A stretch of 36,229 bases of DNA from Candidatus Thorarchaeota archaeon SMTZ1-45 (GCA_001563335.1 LRSL01000092.1:1-36229), one strand, 5' to 3'. Shown: positions 1 to 10,037, counted from the first letter of the stretch. Numbers and translations: made by a program. The notes: generated by a model from the letters alone, not told the origin.

Positions 1-418
1 CTAACCACTCAAAGACTCCAAATGTAAGTAATACAGCAACTGCTAACATAAAATCAACAGAACCCTCAGTCAAAATAGATGCGATCCATGATGTTATTAC
101 TACAACAAGGATTACCAACATCAACCGCATAGTAAGGTATATCCATCTATCAGACTTGCTTTTTTCCTCCTCTTTCTCAGTCTGCTCTCTGCCGTATTCG
201 TCTGCTATTTCCTCAGGAGTCCCAAGCTCTTCTAGCACCTGAGTGATTACGCCTATTCTATCATCACTTGGATTCTTCTTGATTTTTTCATTGAATGATT
301 CATAGATGTGAGATTTCAAATCTTCAATAAGATCCTCTGTTTCAAAACTATCTGGAAGTAACTTTGTAACCCTCTTCATATACTTCTCAATTGCATGATT
401 TATTTCATTGTCACTCAC
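1..418 (-). CDS. HAAS/DUF1700-like membrane protein, runs off the window edge (not in ORF track)
   Basis: GTG at 418 overlaps the PadR stop (GTGA). Hand translation: MSDNEINHAIEKYMKRVTKLLP...LIEDLKSHIYE...VLEELGTPEEIADEY, then hydrophobic helices (LMLVILVVVITSWIASIL; FMLAVAVLLTFGVFEWL). LGxPxEIA is typical of PadR-associated HAAS domains. Frame is open to position 1. Confidence 0.8.
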   Translation of the reverse strand, partial: MSDNEINHAIEKYMKRVTKLLPDSFETEDLIEDLKSHIYESFNEKIKKNPSDDRIGVITQVLEELGTPEEIADEYGREQTEKEEEKSKSDRWIYLTMRLMLVILVVVITSWIASILTEGSVDFMLAVAVLLTFGVFEWL

Positions 419-768
419 TTTTTCAGTTCCTCCAGTTTTTCAAAGATATCACCAACAAGAATGGTCAGCTGACGGAAAACACGGTCTCCTTCTCCTGTCA
501 AAACATAGACCTTCCTACTAGGACCTGATTCTGATTTTTCACTATAGACATTCAGTAATCTTTCTTTTCGAAGTCGATGGAGTATTGGGTATAGAGTACC
601 TTCTTTGACTTGGAGTAGACCATCTGTCCGCTCCTCAAGTTCACGAGCAATACCATACCCGTGAATTCCTTTCTCATGACGATTCACTATAGCGAGGACT
701 GCATATTGAAGAATGCCTCTTCTGATTTCTATTTTCCAACTGTCTTCAAAGCTGGGGCTTCTCTCCAA
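415..768 (-). CDS. PadR-family transcriptional regulator
   Basis: RRGILQYAVL, HGYGI, EGTLYPILHRL and RKVYVLTGEG are PadR wHTH signatures. Confidence 0.93.
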   Translation of the reverse strand: MERSPSFEDSWKIEIRRGILQYAVLAIVNRHEKGIHGYGIARELEERTDGLLQVKEGTLYPILHRLRKERLLNVYSEKSESGPSRKVYVLTGEGDRVFRQLTILVGDIFEKLEELKK

Positions 769-835
769 ACTTATGCAATCCTCTCAGTTGTTCGGAGGAG
801 AAAATTCCATTACAACTCCTTAAGTTTATCCTATT

Positions 836-2221
836 CTACACGATGTCTGCATCATGACGCCTTCCAGGTAGTCGGGCTCTTAGTTCAAGCCAAAACGTGG
901 AAGTATAGGTTCTCGGTTCTCTTACTAATAAGTAGAAGAATGATGCAAAGAAGCGTAATACTCCACTAAGGATGAGCATGATATACACAGAAACATATTC
1001 GCTTCCTAAAACTACAAGAATTATTTGTCCCATTACGCCAGCAATCAAAGAACCAAAGAGGTATACAACACCTGTGAACGTGTTGTACACTGCTAAATAA
1101 GATGCTCTCTCCTCCTCCGGAGATATATCATAAATATATGCTGTTATTGCGTTCATTCCTGAAGCTACGCAGAAACCTGCAAGTATATTGGCAACATAAA
1201 TATAGTATACATTTTGAGCGAATGCGTACATGATTGGAACTAAGAAGAGAAGTCCTCTTCCTAGTAAGATCAATGGCTTTCGTCCAACCTTATCACTAAG
1301 TCTTCCAAAAGGTATTGTGAAGATGATTATAGAAAGAGTCATAGCTGCAGATGCAATAGCTATTTCTAGATTGGAATTATTCAACCAAGTTTTCTGTACG
1401 ATAATAAAGTACGGCCATGCCAGAGACATGGCAAATGAGTAGAATACAGCAATAAAGCAGAACCTTCGAAAGTCACCAGGTTGAGATAACAATTTATGGA
1501 TTGGAGGGAACTTCCTTGGCCCATCATTACGTTTTGGATATTCCCTTATGCTCACGGAAAGTAAAGATGAGATAATTCCCACAATAGCAGTGAAGAAGAA
1601 AGGACCATAATAGACCTCTCTGAAAGCCTGTTCACCCATTTGAATAGGAAAAAGGACAGATCCTAAATCTCCGAATAAACCTCTAAGAAATGGGACAAGT
1701 GGGGGTAATACTGCAATGAAACCTGAAATCAAAGTAGCTGTGAGAGATGCAATATTAGTAGCTAACCCAAGTTTTCCTAATTCATTCCCCCTATTGCTTT
1801 CATCCATTAATCCTCCTACTAGTGACAACCAAGTAGGGATTTGAATGCTGAATAGAATTGATTGAATTGTATACAGGATAATTAATTCCAGAGGTGTTGC
1901 TGCCCACAAGAACATATAAACGACTAGAAGTCCAGTCATTGTACCAAACGCGACAAATGCCTTTGTATTCCTAGCTCTATCAGATGTTGCTCCCCACACT
2001 GGCTGAAGCACTGTAGGAGCAAAATTTCCAACACTGCGGAATGCTCCTTGCTCTACAAAATTCTGAACTCCCCTTAGAGCCATTTGCATATCAATCAAGT
2101 ATGCTTGAATGAAAGGTGAATACAGCCCTACTCCAAACTGAGTCAATGCTCCTACAAGATATGCGCGTGCAGGAAGTCGTTTGAGTTCATCATTTTCAGC
2201 GAGTGAGTATGTTTCTGTCAT
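836..2221 (-). CDS. MFS transporter
   Basis: About 12 hydrophobic segments with motif-A copies WGATSDR and FGRLSDKVGRK. Start moved to the ATG at 2221 because the longer ORF overlaps the divergent gene. Confidence 0.9.
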   Translation of the reverse strand: MTETYSLAENDELKRLPARAYLVGALTQFGVGLYSPFIQAYLIDMQMALRGVQNFVEQGAFRSVGNFAPTVLQPVWGATSDRARNTKAFVAFGTMTGLLVVYMFLWAATPLELIILYTIQSILFSIQIPTWLSLVGGLMDESNRGNELGKLGLATNIASLTATLISGFIAVLPPLVPFLRGLFGDLGSVLFPIQMGEQAFREVYYGPFFFTAIVGIISSLLSVSIREYPKRNDGPRKFPPIHKLLSQPGDFRRFCFIAVFYSFAMSLAWPYFIIVQKTWLNNSNLEIAIASAAMTLSIIIFTIPFGRLSDKVGRKPLILLGRGLLFLVPIMYAFAQNVYYIYVANILAGFCVASGMNAITAYIYDISPEEERASYLAVYNTFTGVVYLFGSLIAGVMGQIILVVLGSEYVSVYIMLILSGVLRFFASFFYLLVREPRTYTSTFWLELRARLPGRRHDADIV

Positions 2222-2341
2222 TATTAATTCTCGAAGGCTTTTTGTCCACCTATTAACTCTAATTCTTACACACTCTATGACTTGACCGTCATTGTTATGT
2301 AGACTGATTACATCGCATTCTTTGGTTGTGTGAGCCACTCA

Positions 2342-3451
2342 ATGCTCGACGAATCAGTTTACAAGAAACGAATCGAACAAGTACAAAAGCATCTTGATTC
2401 ATTCAATATCGATTTTGCATTTTTGACACCATCTCCAAATTTTCAATACTTAGCTGGTTTCAAATATGATATGCATGAGCGGCTCATTGCACTTGTGATT
2501 AAGAAAAAATCAGAACCACAAATCATTGCTCCCGCATTTGAGGTTTCAGATCATAGTTCACATACTTGGATAAAGGACATTGTACCTTGGGCAGAGGATG
2601 AAGACCCCTATGAGCTTGTTGTTGATTTGGTGGGAAAAAAGAGTGAAGGACACTCGGTGCTTTTTGATGACAGTCTACCTCTAGGCATATATTGGTCACT
2701 TGAAACCGCACTTGATGGTTTTCGTAATTCTGCATCACTTAGTCCTATGATTAACTTAATGCGAATAACAAAGTCCGAAAAAGAGATCGACCTTATGAAG
2801 AGAGCTGGTCAGATAATCAACGATGCTGTTCTAAAAGCATTTCAAAAAACGACTATTGGAATGACTGAACTTGAAGTTCAAGAGATAGTCCATAAAGAAA
2901 TTCGTCGTCAAGGCGCAACCCCAACTTTTGCAGCTATCCAATTTGGAGAGAACAGTGCACTACCACATACTGCAGCAGGAAATCGAGAATTGAGGAAGGG
3001 AGATGTTGTCCTTATGGATTGTGGGTGTGCTTTAGATGGATATAATACCGATATGACAAGAGTTGGAGTTGTTGGTCCACCAACCGAGGAATTAGAGCGT
3101 ATATATTCAACAGTACTTCATGCTGTAGAAACTGCTATTGCGCAGATTGTACCTGGAATGACCTGTGGAACTGCTGATGGTATTGCTCGACGCTTAATCG
3201 ACAATGCTGGATGTGGCGAACTATTCACTCATCGCTTAGGTCACGGAATCGGTCTCGAAGTTCATGAACCTCCATACATTGTCAGAGGCAATGCCATGGA
3301 GTTAAAGCCTGGTATGTGTCATAGTATTGAACCTGGAATCTACATTGAAGGCAAGTTCGGAATTCGGATTGAAGAGTTAGTATGTATACGAGAGAATGGT
3401 CCTGAATTACTGACGTTTATGCCGCGTGATCTTATTCAGATTGGCCAGTAG
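2342..3451 (+). CDS. pepQ: Xaa-Pro peptidase (M24B, prolidase-like)
   Basis: ALPH, MDCG...YNTDMTR, HRLGHGIGLEVHE, SIEPGIY and GIRIEE metal-binding motifs. Start is either GTG 2330 or ATG 2342. Confidence 0.9.
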   Translation: MLDESVYKKRIEQVQKHLDSFNIDFAFLTPSPNFQYLAGFKYDMHERLIALVIKKKSEPQIIAPAFEVSDHSSHTWIKDIVPWAEDEDPYELVVDLVGKKSEGHSVLFDDSLPLGIYWSLETALDGFRNSASLSPMINLMRITKSEKEIDLMKRAGQIINDAVLKAFQKTTIGMTELEVQEIVHKEIRRQGATPTFAAIQFGENSALPHTAAGNRELRKGDVVLMDCGCALDGYNTDMTRVGVVGPPTEELERIYSTVLHAVETAIAQIVPGMTCGTADGIARRLIDNAGCGELFTHRLGHGIGLEVHEPPYIVRGNAMELKPGMCHSIEPGIYIEGKFGIRIEELVCIRENGPELLTFMPRDLIQIGQ

Positions 3452-4052
3452 TCGAATCATCTTCTGCAGGAGATTCTCCCTTGGATTTTGCAAGGATTTC
3501 ATCCATCTTTTTGCGGTCTTCCTCAGAAAGGTTTTGCATTGCCTCAGCTGACTGTCTTATCATTTGATTCATCATCACAGAGTAGACTGCAGGAAGTGCA
3601 TTTTTGGTTTCTATTCTCTCATTGTATTCCTTTTCAGCCAGATTTCTAGCCTCTTGTAGAGCTTCCTTACTCACATCCCCCTTTCCCACACCCGGACAAT
3701 CCTTACTACTCAGAACGAATTTCTCGCCATTGTATTCTAGTGGAAAGGTCTGGCAGGAGATTGGTCTTCCATATCTTATTTCACATGCATTGGCTTTCTC
3801 ATTGTAGAATATGCAGGCAGTGGATTCTGGATCGTTTTCAAGAGGTTTCCGAGCAGTTTCAAAGTAAAACGAATCTTGTTCAGACTCTGGCATGTGTATA
3901 GAAATACCTGGAAGTATGTTCATGATATATCCTTGAGTCATCCAACGGGCAAGATCACCGATGGTGACCATAATTTTGGGTCGGATATGACAAGCTTTAG
4001 TATCGCATTTTTGTTCCAAACAATTGAAACTGTACTTGGATTTTTCAGACAT
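3432..4052 (-). CDS. YkgJ/CxxCxxCC-family cysteine-cluster protein
   Basis: FNC-x4-C-x4-CH, CIFY...CEIRYGRPISCQTFP and CPG. Likely start is MSEKSK at 4052. Confidence 0.8.
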   Translation of the reverse strand: MSEKSKYSFNCLEQKCDTKACHIRPKIMVTIGDLARWMTQGYIMNILPGISIHMPESEQDSFYFETARKPLENDPESTACIFYNEKANACEIRYGRPISCQTFPLEYNGEKFVLSSKDCPGVGKGDVSKEALQEARNLAEKEYNERIETKNALPAVYSVMMNQMIRQSAEAMQNLSEEDRKKMDEILAKSKGESPAEDDSTTGQSE

Positions 4053-4208
4053 CCTCATCACCCATAACTGCAGATATGCGTTCGTTGCTAAATCGTCTTT
4101 AATATTTTCGAAATGTGATTTTACCAACTCCGATAGGTTTTTGTTGGTTCAAATTTGGGTTCAACTTAATCTCAGAGTAGAATTTTCTTAGCACTCGGAG
4201 TATTCAAA

Positions 4209-7028
4209 ATGACTGAGTGGTATAGTAACGACGTCGACTATGTTCTGAAACGCCTTGAAACATCAACAGAAGGTCTTTCGAGCGAAGAGGCAAAAAATCG
4301 ACTTACGGAATATGGACCAAATGAGTTGGTTGAAACAGGTGGTATCAGCCCACTGCGAATGTTCCTCCAACAATTTATGGACCCAATGGTGATCATTCTT
4401 CTTATTGCCATTATCATCTCACTACTAATGTCTGTTCTTTCATCTGGTGAATCTGATCATGAGAGTGGGATTATTGATGCAATTGTAATATCTGCTATAG
4501 TGATTTTCAATGCTGTATTTGGCTTTGTGCAAGAGTACAAATCTGAAAAAGCATTAGAAGCATTGAAGGATATGGCTGCGCCTAAAGCCCGCGTCATGCG
4601 CGATGGACTCTGGACCGATATTGACGCACGCAATGTTGTTCCTGGTGATCTCATCGGTTTCGAGGCTGGAGACCTTATTGCTGCGGATGGTCGAGTTACA
4701 TATGCTGTTGGGTTATCAGCTGATGAAGCGCCACTCACTGGAGAGTCTGTTTCTGTTCGAAAAATGAGCGAACCAATTCATCTTCGTAAACCGGTTGTTG
4801 GTGATATGAAGAATATGGTTTTCCAAGGAACAACTATCACAGCAGGTAAAGGTCATGCTGTAATAACAGCGACTGGAATGAGAACTCAGTTTGGGAAGAT
4901 AGCTGAACTTGTACAAGAGAGCGAAAAAACTATGACGCCTCTCCAACTAGATCTGGAAGATCTTGGTAAGAAACTTGGTGCATTGATAATTGTCCTCTGT
5001 ATCATTGTATTTGGAGCAGAAGTCCTTCAATCTGCAGCTGAAACACTCATGGCTGCCCTCTTAGCAGCCATTGCTTTGGCAGTTTCCGCAATCCCCGAAG
5101 GATTACCTGCAGTGGTAACAATCACACTTGCTATTGGCGTCCAACGCATGGTGGCAAGGAATGCAATAGTAAGAAGACTCCCTTCTGTTGAAACTCTAGG
5201 CTCTACAACAATAATCTGTTCAGACAAGACTGGTACTATCACAAAGAACGAAATGACAGCCACAACTTTGTATGTTAACGGAATGACAATCTCTGTAAGT
5301 GGGGTTGGTTACAACAGATCTGGTAAATTTACTCGAGCAAGTGAAGATTATAGTGTTATGGGAGATCCGCATATTGTGAAACTGTTTGAAATAGGACAGC
5401 TCTGCAGTAATTCAATGCTTCAACCTGACCTCTCTGGAAAAGCTGATTGGAGTATTGTGGGCGACCCAACGGAAGGGGCACTCCTTGTTCTTGCTGAAAA
5501 AGCAGGTCTCTCTCAGGATGACACATTATCTCGGAATACTGAAATCACAGAGATATCCTTCGATTCAGCAAGGAAAAGAATGACCTCAATAATTCGGGAT
5601 GAGGATGGAAACTTAGTTGCTAACGTAAAAGGTGCTCCAGAAGTTTTGTTGCCCCTTTGCACACATATCTATGAGAACGATGACATTCGGGAACTCACAA
5701 TCAGAGAAAAGGAATCAATTATCCAAATAAATGCAGGATTTGCAGAGTCTGCGTTGAGAGTTCTAGCTTTTGCCTATCGTCCATTAGAGCATGAGCTGCC
5801 TGATTGGGAGCCTGAAAAAGTAGAACGTAATTTCATCTTTGTTGGACTCATAGGGATGATTGACCCTCCACGTGATGAGGTACGAGATGCTATAAATCTG
5901 TGCAAGATTGCTGGAATTCGCCCCATAATGATAACTGGTGATCACAAGCTCACTGCTACTGCAATTGCCCGAGATGTGGGGTTGATTGATATCGATAGTG
6001 AGGTCTTGAGCGGGGCTGAACTCGATAGCATGAGTCAGGTTGAGTTCCAAGACGCGGTTAAACGTTGCAATGTATTTGCTCGAGTTGCTCCAGAACATAA
6101 ACTACAGATCGTGAGCGCTCTGAAGTCTAACGATCAAGTCGTTGCCATGACTGGAGATGGAGTGAACGATGCTCCTGCAATAAAAACCGCAGATGTTGGT
6201 ATCTCCATGGGCATAAGAGGAGCAGATGTCACTAAAGAAGCCTCAGATGTCATTCTCACTGATGACAACTTCGCAACTATTGTTTCAGCAGTAGAGAAGG
6301 GACGTGAGATATATTCGAATATCAGAAAGTTTGTACGTTTCTTGCTAGCTGCAAACTTTGATGAAGTATTTCTTATCTTTACAGTTGTAATGCTTGGATT
6401 ACCCCTACCAATTACTGCTATTCAGATACTCTGGCTAAATCTAGCTACTGATGGTTTCCCAGCGCTGGCTCTTGGAGTTGATCCTCCTGAGTCTGGAGTA
6501 ATGGGTAGACCACCTCGGAAACCTGGTGCAAAGATGATGGACCGAGGAATGATAACTTTCATAGTCATTGCAGGTTTTACAGCGTTTCTTGCATCACTTA
6601 TTGTGTTCATGTGGTCTTTGTGGGCTTACGGTGGTTGGATTCCGGGAATCACTGGTCCATCTGTTATCTGGAGCTCTGATATTTCACCAATATCTGGGCT
6701 TGCATGGGAGCATATTCTTGCTCACGGACGAACTGCAGTATTCACTAGCGTTGTGTGCTTTGAATTATTGTTTGTATGGAATTGCAGAGATGAATATCAT
6801 CCTGTCTGGAGAACCGAAGTGCGAGAATCGAAAGTGTTGATGATTGCAGTGGCATTGTCTCTTATTCTAACTCTATTCACAATCTACTTTCCACCGATGG
6901 CTGCCCTCTTTGAAACAGTACCAATTAACACAATTGATTGGGTTGTAATATTGCTGACCTGTCTTCCAGCTTTGTTTATTCCACCTCATATCATATTTGG
7001 GCGTTTTCGTTCCTCTGAAACAACTTAG
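4209..7028 (+). CDS. P-type ATPase, type IIA (Ca2+-transporting-like)
   Basis: TGES, IPEGLP, CSDKTGT phosphorylation site, KGAPE, MITGD, GDGVND and QILWLNLATDG. Confidence 0.95.
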   Translation: MTEWYSNDVDYVLKRLETSTEGLSSEEAKNRLTEYGPNELVETGGISPLRMFLQQFMDPMVIILLIAIIISLLMSVLSSGESDHESGIIDAIVISAIVIFNAVFGFVQEYKSEKALEALKDMAAPKARVMRDGLWTDIDARNVVPGDLIGFEAGDLIAADGRVTYAVGLSADEAPLTGESVSVRKMSEPIHLRKPVVGDMKNMVFQGTTITAGKGHAVITATGMRTQFGKIAELVQESEKTMTPLQLDLEDLGKKLGALIIVLCIIVFGAEVLQSAAETLMAALLAAIALAVSAIPEGLPAVVTITLAIGVQRMVARNAIVRRLPSVETLGSTTIICSDKTGTITKNEMTATTLYVNGMTISVSGVGYNRSGKFTRASEDYSVMGDPHIVKLFEIGQLCSNSMLQPDLSGKADWSIVGDPTEGALLVLAEKAGLSQDDTLSRNTEITEISFDSARKRMTSIIRDEDGNLVANVKGAPEVLLPLCTHIYENDDIRELTIREKESIIQINAGFAESALRVLAFAYRPLEHELPDWEPEKVERNFIFVGLIGMIDPPRDEVRDAINLCKIAGIRPIMITGDHKLTATAIARDVGLIDIDSEVLSGAELDSMSQVEFQDAVKRCNVFARVAPEHKLQIVSALKSNDQVVAMTGDGVNDAPAIKTADVGISMGIRGADVTKEASDVILTDDNFATIVSAVEKGREIYSNIRKFVRFLLAANFDEVFLIFTVVMLGLPLPITAIQILWLNLATDGFPALALGVDPPESGVMGRPPRKPGAKMMDRGMITFIVIAGFTAFLASLIVFMWSLWAYGGWIPGITGPSVIWSSDISPISGLAWEHILAHGRTAVFTSVVCFELLFVWNCRDEYHPVWRTEVRESKVLMIAVALSLILTLFTIYFPPMAALFETVPINTIDWVVILLTCLPALFIPPHIIFGRFRSSETT

Positions 7029-7879
7029 GATGGAAGACGCTTATCCAGCCAACTGTAAAGGTCTCCTAAAACCTGATCTTTCTCTGGCTCTTCATGTAGT
7101 TGATGATAGAAACCATCATAGAGATTCCAGGTCTTATCAACTGAACTAAGGTTGTCATAGAACTCTTTATTCTTTTCAGGATTGACTAGTTTGTCAGCTC
7201 CCGCTTGCTGCACTAGCACAGGCAGGAATATACTGGATGCAGATTGAAATGCATCCTTTGAAGCTTTTAATACCTCAATGCTAAAACGCGGCGTGACTAT
7301 GTTTACTCTGAGAGGATCATTTTCTAGTCGTTTTAGATTCTCTGGGTTTCTGGAAATATCCGCGTAATCAAATCCAATAGGAACATATCTTTTAACATTC
7401 AAGCTTGAGAGTATATTGCCAGTAATTCGTTTTCCTATACCAAGATTCATAGTTTGGTTCAAAGCTGGAGATTGCAAAATAAGTCCATCCACAGTCCTAG
7501 GATACTTGACTATATAACGAATTGCATTCAGACCTCCAAGGGAAGAACCAAATAAGTAAGTAATCTTGTTCAGATATTGATCCTTAATTTGCATGATCAA
7601 GTTCTGTGTATCTTCTACATATTCTTCAAAGCTCATGACATGTCCCTTGATTCCTGAATAGTGACCAAAGCCTCTCAAATCTGGTGCAAAGACCGCAAAA
7701 CCTCTATCAGCGAGATACTCTCCCAAACTCTTCAGGTCTCCACCATGAGCACCAAGACCGTGAAGTGCGACAATTAGTGCTCTGGGTTTATCGTTATCTG
7801 GGCGCCACAAAGCCATGAACATCCGAGTCCCATCAAATCCGATGTATTTGCTTTCCTTGTATTTCAAGAGTGACACCAC
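7025..7879 (-). CDS. Alpha/beta hydrolase, lysophospholipase/monoacylglycerol-lipase family
   Basis: HGLG oxyanion motif, DLRGFG, GSSLGG nucleophile elbow, D (GADKLV) and H (YHQLHEE). Confidence 0.9.
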   Translation of the reverse strand: MVSLLKYKESKYIGFDGTRMFMALWRPDNDKPRALIVALHGLGAHGGDLKSLGEYLADRGFAVFAPDLRGFGHYSGIKGHVMSFEEYVEDTQNLIMQIKDQYLNKITYLFGSSLGGLNAIRYIVKYPRTVDGLILQSPALNQTMNLGIGKRITGNILSSLNVKRYVPIGFDYADISRNPENLKRLENDPLRVNIVTPRFSIEVLKASKDAFQSASSIFLPVLVQQAGADKLVNPEKNKEFYDNLSSVDKTWNLYDGFYHQLHEEPEKDQVLGDLYSWLDKRLPS

Positions 7880-7931
7880 TGTGTGTTTGTAATTGGCTAT
7901 TACTATTTATCTTGTCTATTGAATAGAATAG

Positions 7932-7961
7932 TGTGAATGGCCTATATAGGCTAATCTCACA
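7932..7961. terminator. Inverted repeat just downstream of the 3-hydroxyacyl-CoA dehydrogenase gene
   Basis: Perfect palindrome GCCTATATAGGC (7940-7951) flanked by TGTGA...TCACA. Confidence 0.4.
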
Positions 7962-7967
7962 TTTTCA

Positions 7968-8852
7968 TTAGAATCTGTTTGGTTTGGGAGTTTCTCCTGA
8001 ATAGTCATAGAAACCCATGCTGGATTTCCTGCCTAACCAGCCAGCTCGGACCATTTTTCGCAATAGAGTCGGTGCTCTATACTTGCTGTCTTTGAATTCT
8101 TCTACAAAGTAGTCTGAAATATGTAAAGCCGTATCAAGCCCAACAAAGTCTAGGAGAGTCAAAGGGCCCATTGGCCAATTTAATCCAAGCTGTATTGCTT
8201 TATCCATATCTTCCACAGTAGCTACTCCTTCTTGAATTGCAAACACGGCCTCAAGCAATGCTGGAACGAGCAATCTATTCACAGCAAATCCAGGAGCTTC
8301 GTTAACAAGTACAGTTACCTTACCGATTTTCTTTGAAACATCCTCAATGATTTTTACTGTATCATCCTCTGTAGCCTGTCCTTTGATAATCTCTACAAGG
8401 TTCATAACTGGAACTGGATTGAAAAAGTGCATTCCAATGAACTTGTCTGGTCTTTCTGTCACAGCTGCCATTTGTGTTATGCTGATGCTTGAGGTGTTCG
8501 ATGCTAGAATAGCATGTTTGGGTGCTAATGCATCAACCTCTTTCCAAATCTCAAGCTTTAAACTAACAATCTCCGGAACAGCTTCAATGACAAGATCTGC
8601 ATCATCCACTGCTTTCTTGAGATCTAGGACTCCTTGAATTCTACCAAGAATAGCAACAACCTCTTCTTGAGTAATTTTGCCCTTCGCTATCCCTCTCTCC
8701 AAGTTCTTCTTGATCGTAGCCATTCCCTTGTCAATGAACTTTTGGTCTATGTCACGCATTTTGACCTGATAGCCTGCTTGTGCACAAACATGGGCAATTC
8801 CATTTCCCATTAGTCCTGCGCCCAATACAGCAACTTTCTTTATCTCCATCAT
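7968..8852 (-). CDS. hbd: 3-hydroxybutyryl-/3-hydroxyacyl-CoA dehydrogenase
   Basis: GAGLMGNGIA Rossmann motif, EAVPE, ASNTSS, GMHFFNP and PMGPL. Confidence 0.93.
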   Translation of the reverse strand: MMEIKKVAVLGAGLMGNGIAHVCAQAGYQVKMRDIDQKFIDKGMATIKKNLERGIAKGKITQEEVVAILGRIQGVLDLKKAVDDADLVIEAVPEIVSLKLEIWKEVDALAPKHAILASNTSSISITQMAAVTERPDKFIGMHFFNPVPVMNLVEIIKGQATEDDTVKIIEDVSKKIGKVTVLVNEAPGFAVNRLLVPALLEAVFAIQEGVATVEDMDKAIQLGLNWPMGPLTLLDFVGLDTALHISDYFVEEFKDSKYRAPTLLRKMVRAGWLGRKSSMGFYDYSGETPKPNRF

Positions 8853-8973
8853 TATCCACCTCTAAATTTTTCTGCGGATGCATTGGTTTCATTATTGCTT
8901 CTAAATATGTTTGACTGTCAAGATATTTTCACAATAAGTTACTAGACTCAGTTTTCAAATGAAGAATTAGTAT

Positions 8974-9600
8974 CTATTTCTTGCAATATCTGAAAGTGCA
9001 TCTCTTATCTCCTGCTGCTATCGTTTCATTTCGCGAGAATTCTATCCAATCTTCAATAAGATAAGCTATAATCATGTCATAATCGCATAGTATAGATCCC
9101 AACTCAGGCTTCCCTGCCTCTCTAAGGATATCGAAGTAGAAACAATTTTGAATATCAAAACCAAAACAATCCTTTTCGTTCTCCACCTCTACGACTTGGA
9201 AATAGTCATTATCATAATTCGCAGCATTTCCCTTTTGGACCCATTTAGTGAATTCATCCCATGGATTATCTGATTGTTGTATACTTGCTACTTCTGTCTT
9301 CAAGTAATCTAAAAGCATGCTATGATATATGGAAATCGCAGTTTCTTTCAACGCATTGAACGAAGCTCTAACTTCACAGAGAACATCATCTAGTGCCATC
9401 AAGAAAAGTGAGTTTATACCATGCCTCTTTGCAAGTAAATCTGGCATCATATGTTCGTAATTGTTATAGTGGATCTCGAATTGTCTACTAAAGAGCTTGT
9501 GCATTGCTTCACCTTTATCACCAAATTGCTTGTTTAGTTCCTTCAATGTTAGCTCTGAGAAGAAATCGATAAGTTGTTGAGTTTGCTCATCTTGAGCCAT
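8974..9600 (-). CDS. L-2-amino-thiazoline-4-carboxylic acid (ATC) hydrolase-family protein
   Basis: C-terminal FDIQNCFY...PELGSILCDYD...RNETIAAGDKRCTFRY pattern with three conserved Cys. ATG at 9600 preferred. Confidence 0.75.
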   Translation of the reverse strand: MAQDEQTQQLIDFFSELTLKELNKQFGDKGEAMHKLFSRQFEIHYNNYEHMMPDLLAKRHGINSLFLMALDDVLCEVRASFNALKETAISIYHSMLLDYLKTEVASIQQSDNPWDEFTKWVQKGNAANYDNDYFQVVEVENEKDCFGFDIQNCFYFDILREAGKPELGSILCDYDMIIAYLIEDWIEFSRNETIAAGDKRCTFRYCKK

Positions 9601-9690
9601 TTTCAAATCACATTTTACTTTCTTATTCAAAATCTAAGTTTCTGATTACCCTTGATATGCTTGTCTATGTTTAATTTTACTCTTATGAAT

Positions 9691-9707
9691 AGTCACAATA
9701 TGTGACT
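9691..9707. promoter_or_regulatory. Palindromic operator candidate AGTCACA-ATA-TGTGACT
   Basis: Perfect 7-3-7 inverted repeat between divergent genes, with an extra TGTGAC half-site near 9714. Confidence 0.55.
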
Positions 9708-9737
9708 TCTTTATGTGACCCTCAGAAGTGGCTTCGG

Positions 9738-9745
9738 TATATATA
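9738..9745 (+). promoter_or_regulatory. TATA box candidate for the small-ORF array
   Basis: TATATATA about 33 nt upstream of ATG 9778, consistent with archaeal promoter spacing. Confidence 0.5.
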
Positions 9746-9777
9746 CTAAATCTGAGCAGTATTTCTTGTGAAATATC

Positions 9778-9885
9778 ATGGCTCTAACAACTAACTCACG
9801 AAACACATCTGTGCTAAAGAACATGAAGGACAGAAGTATAACTACTGAAGCCCTGACTTATGCCTATATGACTGTACTAAGGTGA
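9778..9885 (+). CDS. Micropeptide P1 (35 aa), TxA[IL]TxAY family
   Basis: MALTTNSRNTSVLKNMKDRSITTEALTYAYMTVLR*. Upstream TATA; motif shared with P2 and P3. Confidence 0.6.
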   Translation: MALTTNSRNTSVLKNMKDRSITTEALTYAYMTVLR

Positions 9886-9892
9886 TAGAGAA

Positions 9893-10021
9893 ATGGTCTA
9901 TACTGAGCAAGATGTCTGTTGGATTTTTACAAGTACTGCTTTGCATAGTGACTGGTCACAAGGTGGTCACAAAACTGGTCAGTTAGTATCAGAAACACCA
10001 TATCTTGTGACCAACCTATAG
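9893..10021 (+). CDS. Possible small ORF (42 aa)
   Basis: MVYTEQDVCWIFTSTALHSDWSQGGHKTGQLVSETPYLVTNL*. SD-like AGGTGA lies 7 nt upstream; only a weak motif echo (FTSTAL); overlaps the TGGTCACAA boxes. Confidence 0.25.
   Translation: MVYTEQDVCWIFTSTALHSDWSQGGHKTGQLVSETPYLVTNL
9953..10013. repeat. TGGTCACAA boxes: two direct copies and one inverted
   Basis: TGGTCACAA at 9953-9961 and 9964-9972; TTGTGACCA at 10005-10013; partial CTGGTCA near 9975. Confidence 0.7.
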
Positions 10022-10037
10022 GAAGGTGTGAAAGATT

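Noticed and set aside
2222-2338. N-terminal extensions in the ORF track (also 4053-4127, 18603-18671, 24778-24828, 34337-34507)
   Set aside because: They overlap neighbouring genes or promoter space, and downstream starts fit the family boundaries or SD signals better.
9953-10013. TGGTCACAA repeats as a mini-CRISPR or IS ends
   Set aside because: The units are only 9-10 bp with irregular spacing and mixed orientation, and there is no transposase or target-site duplication.
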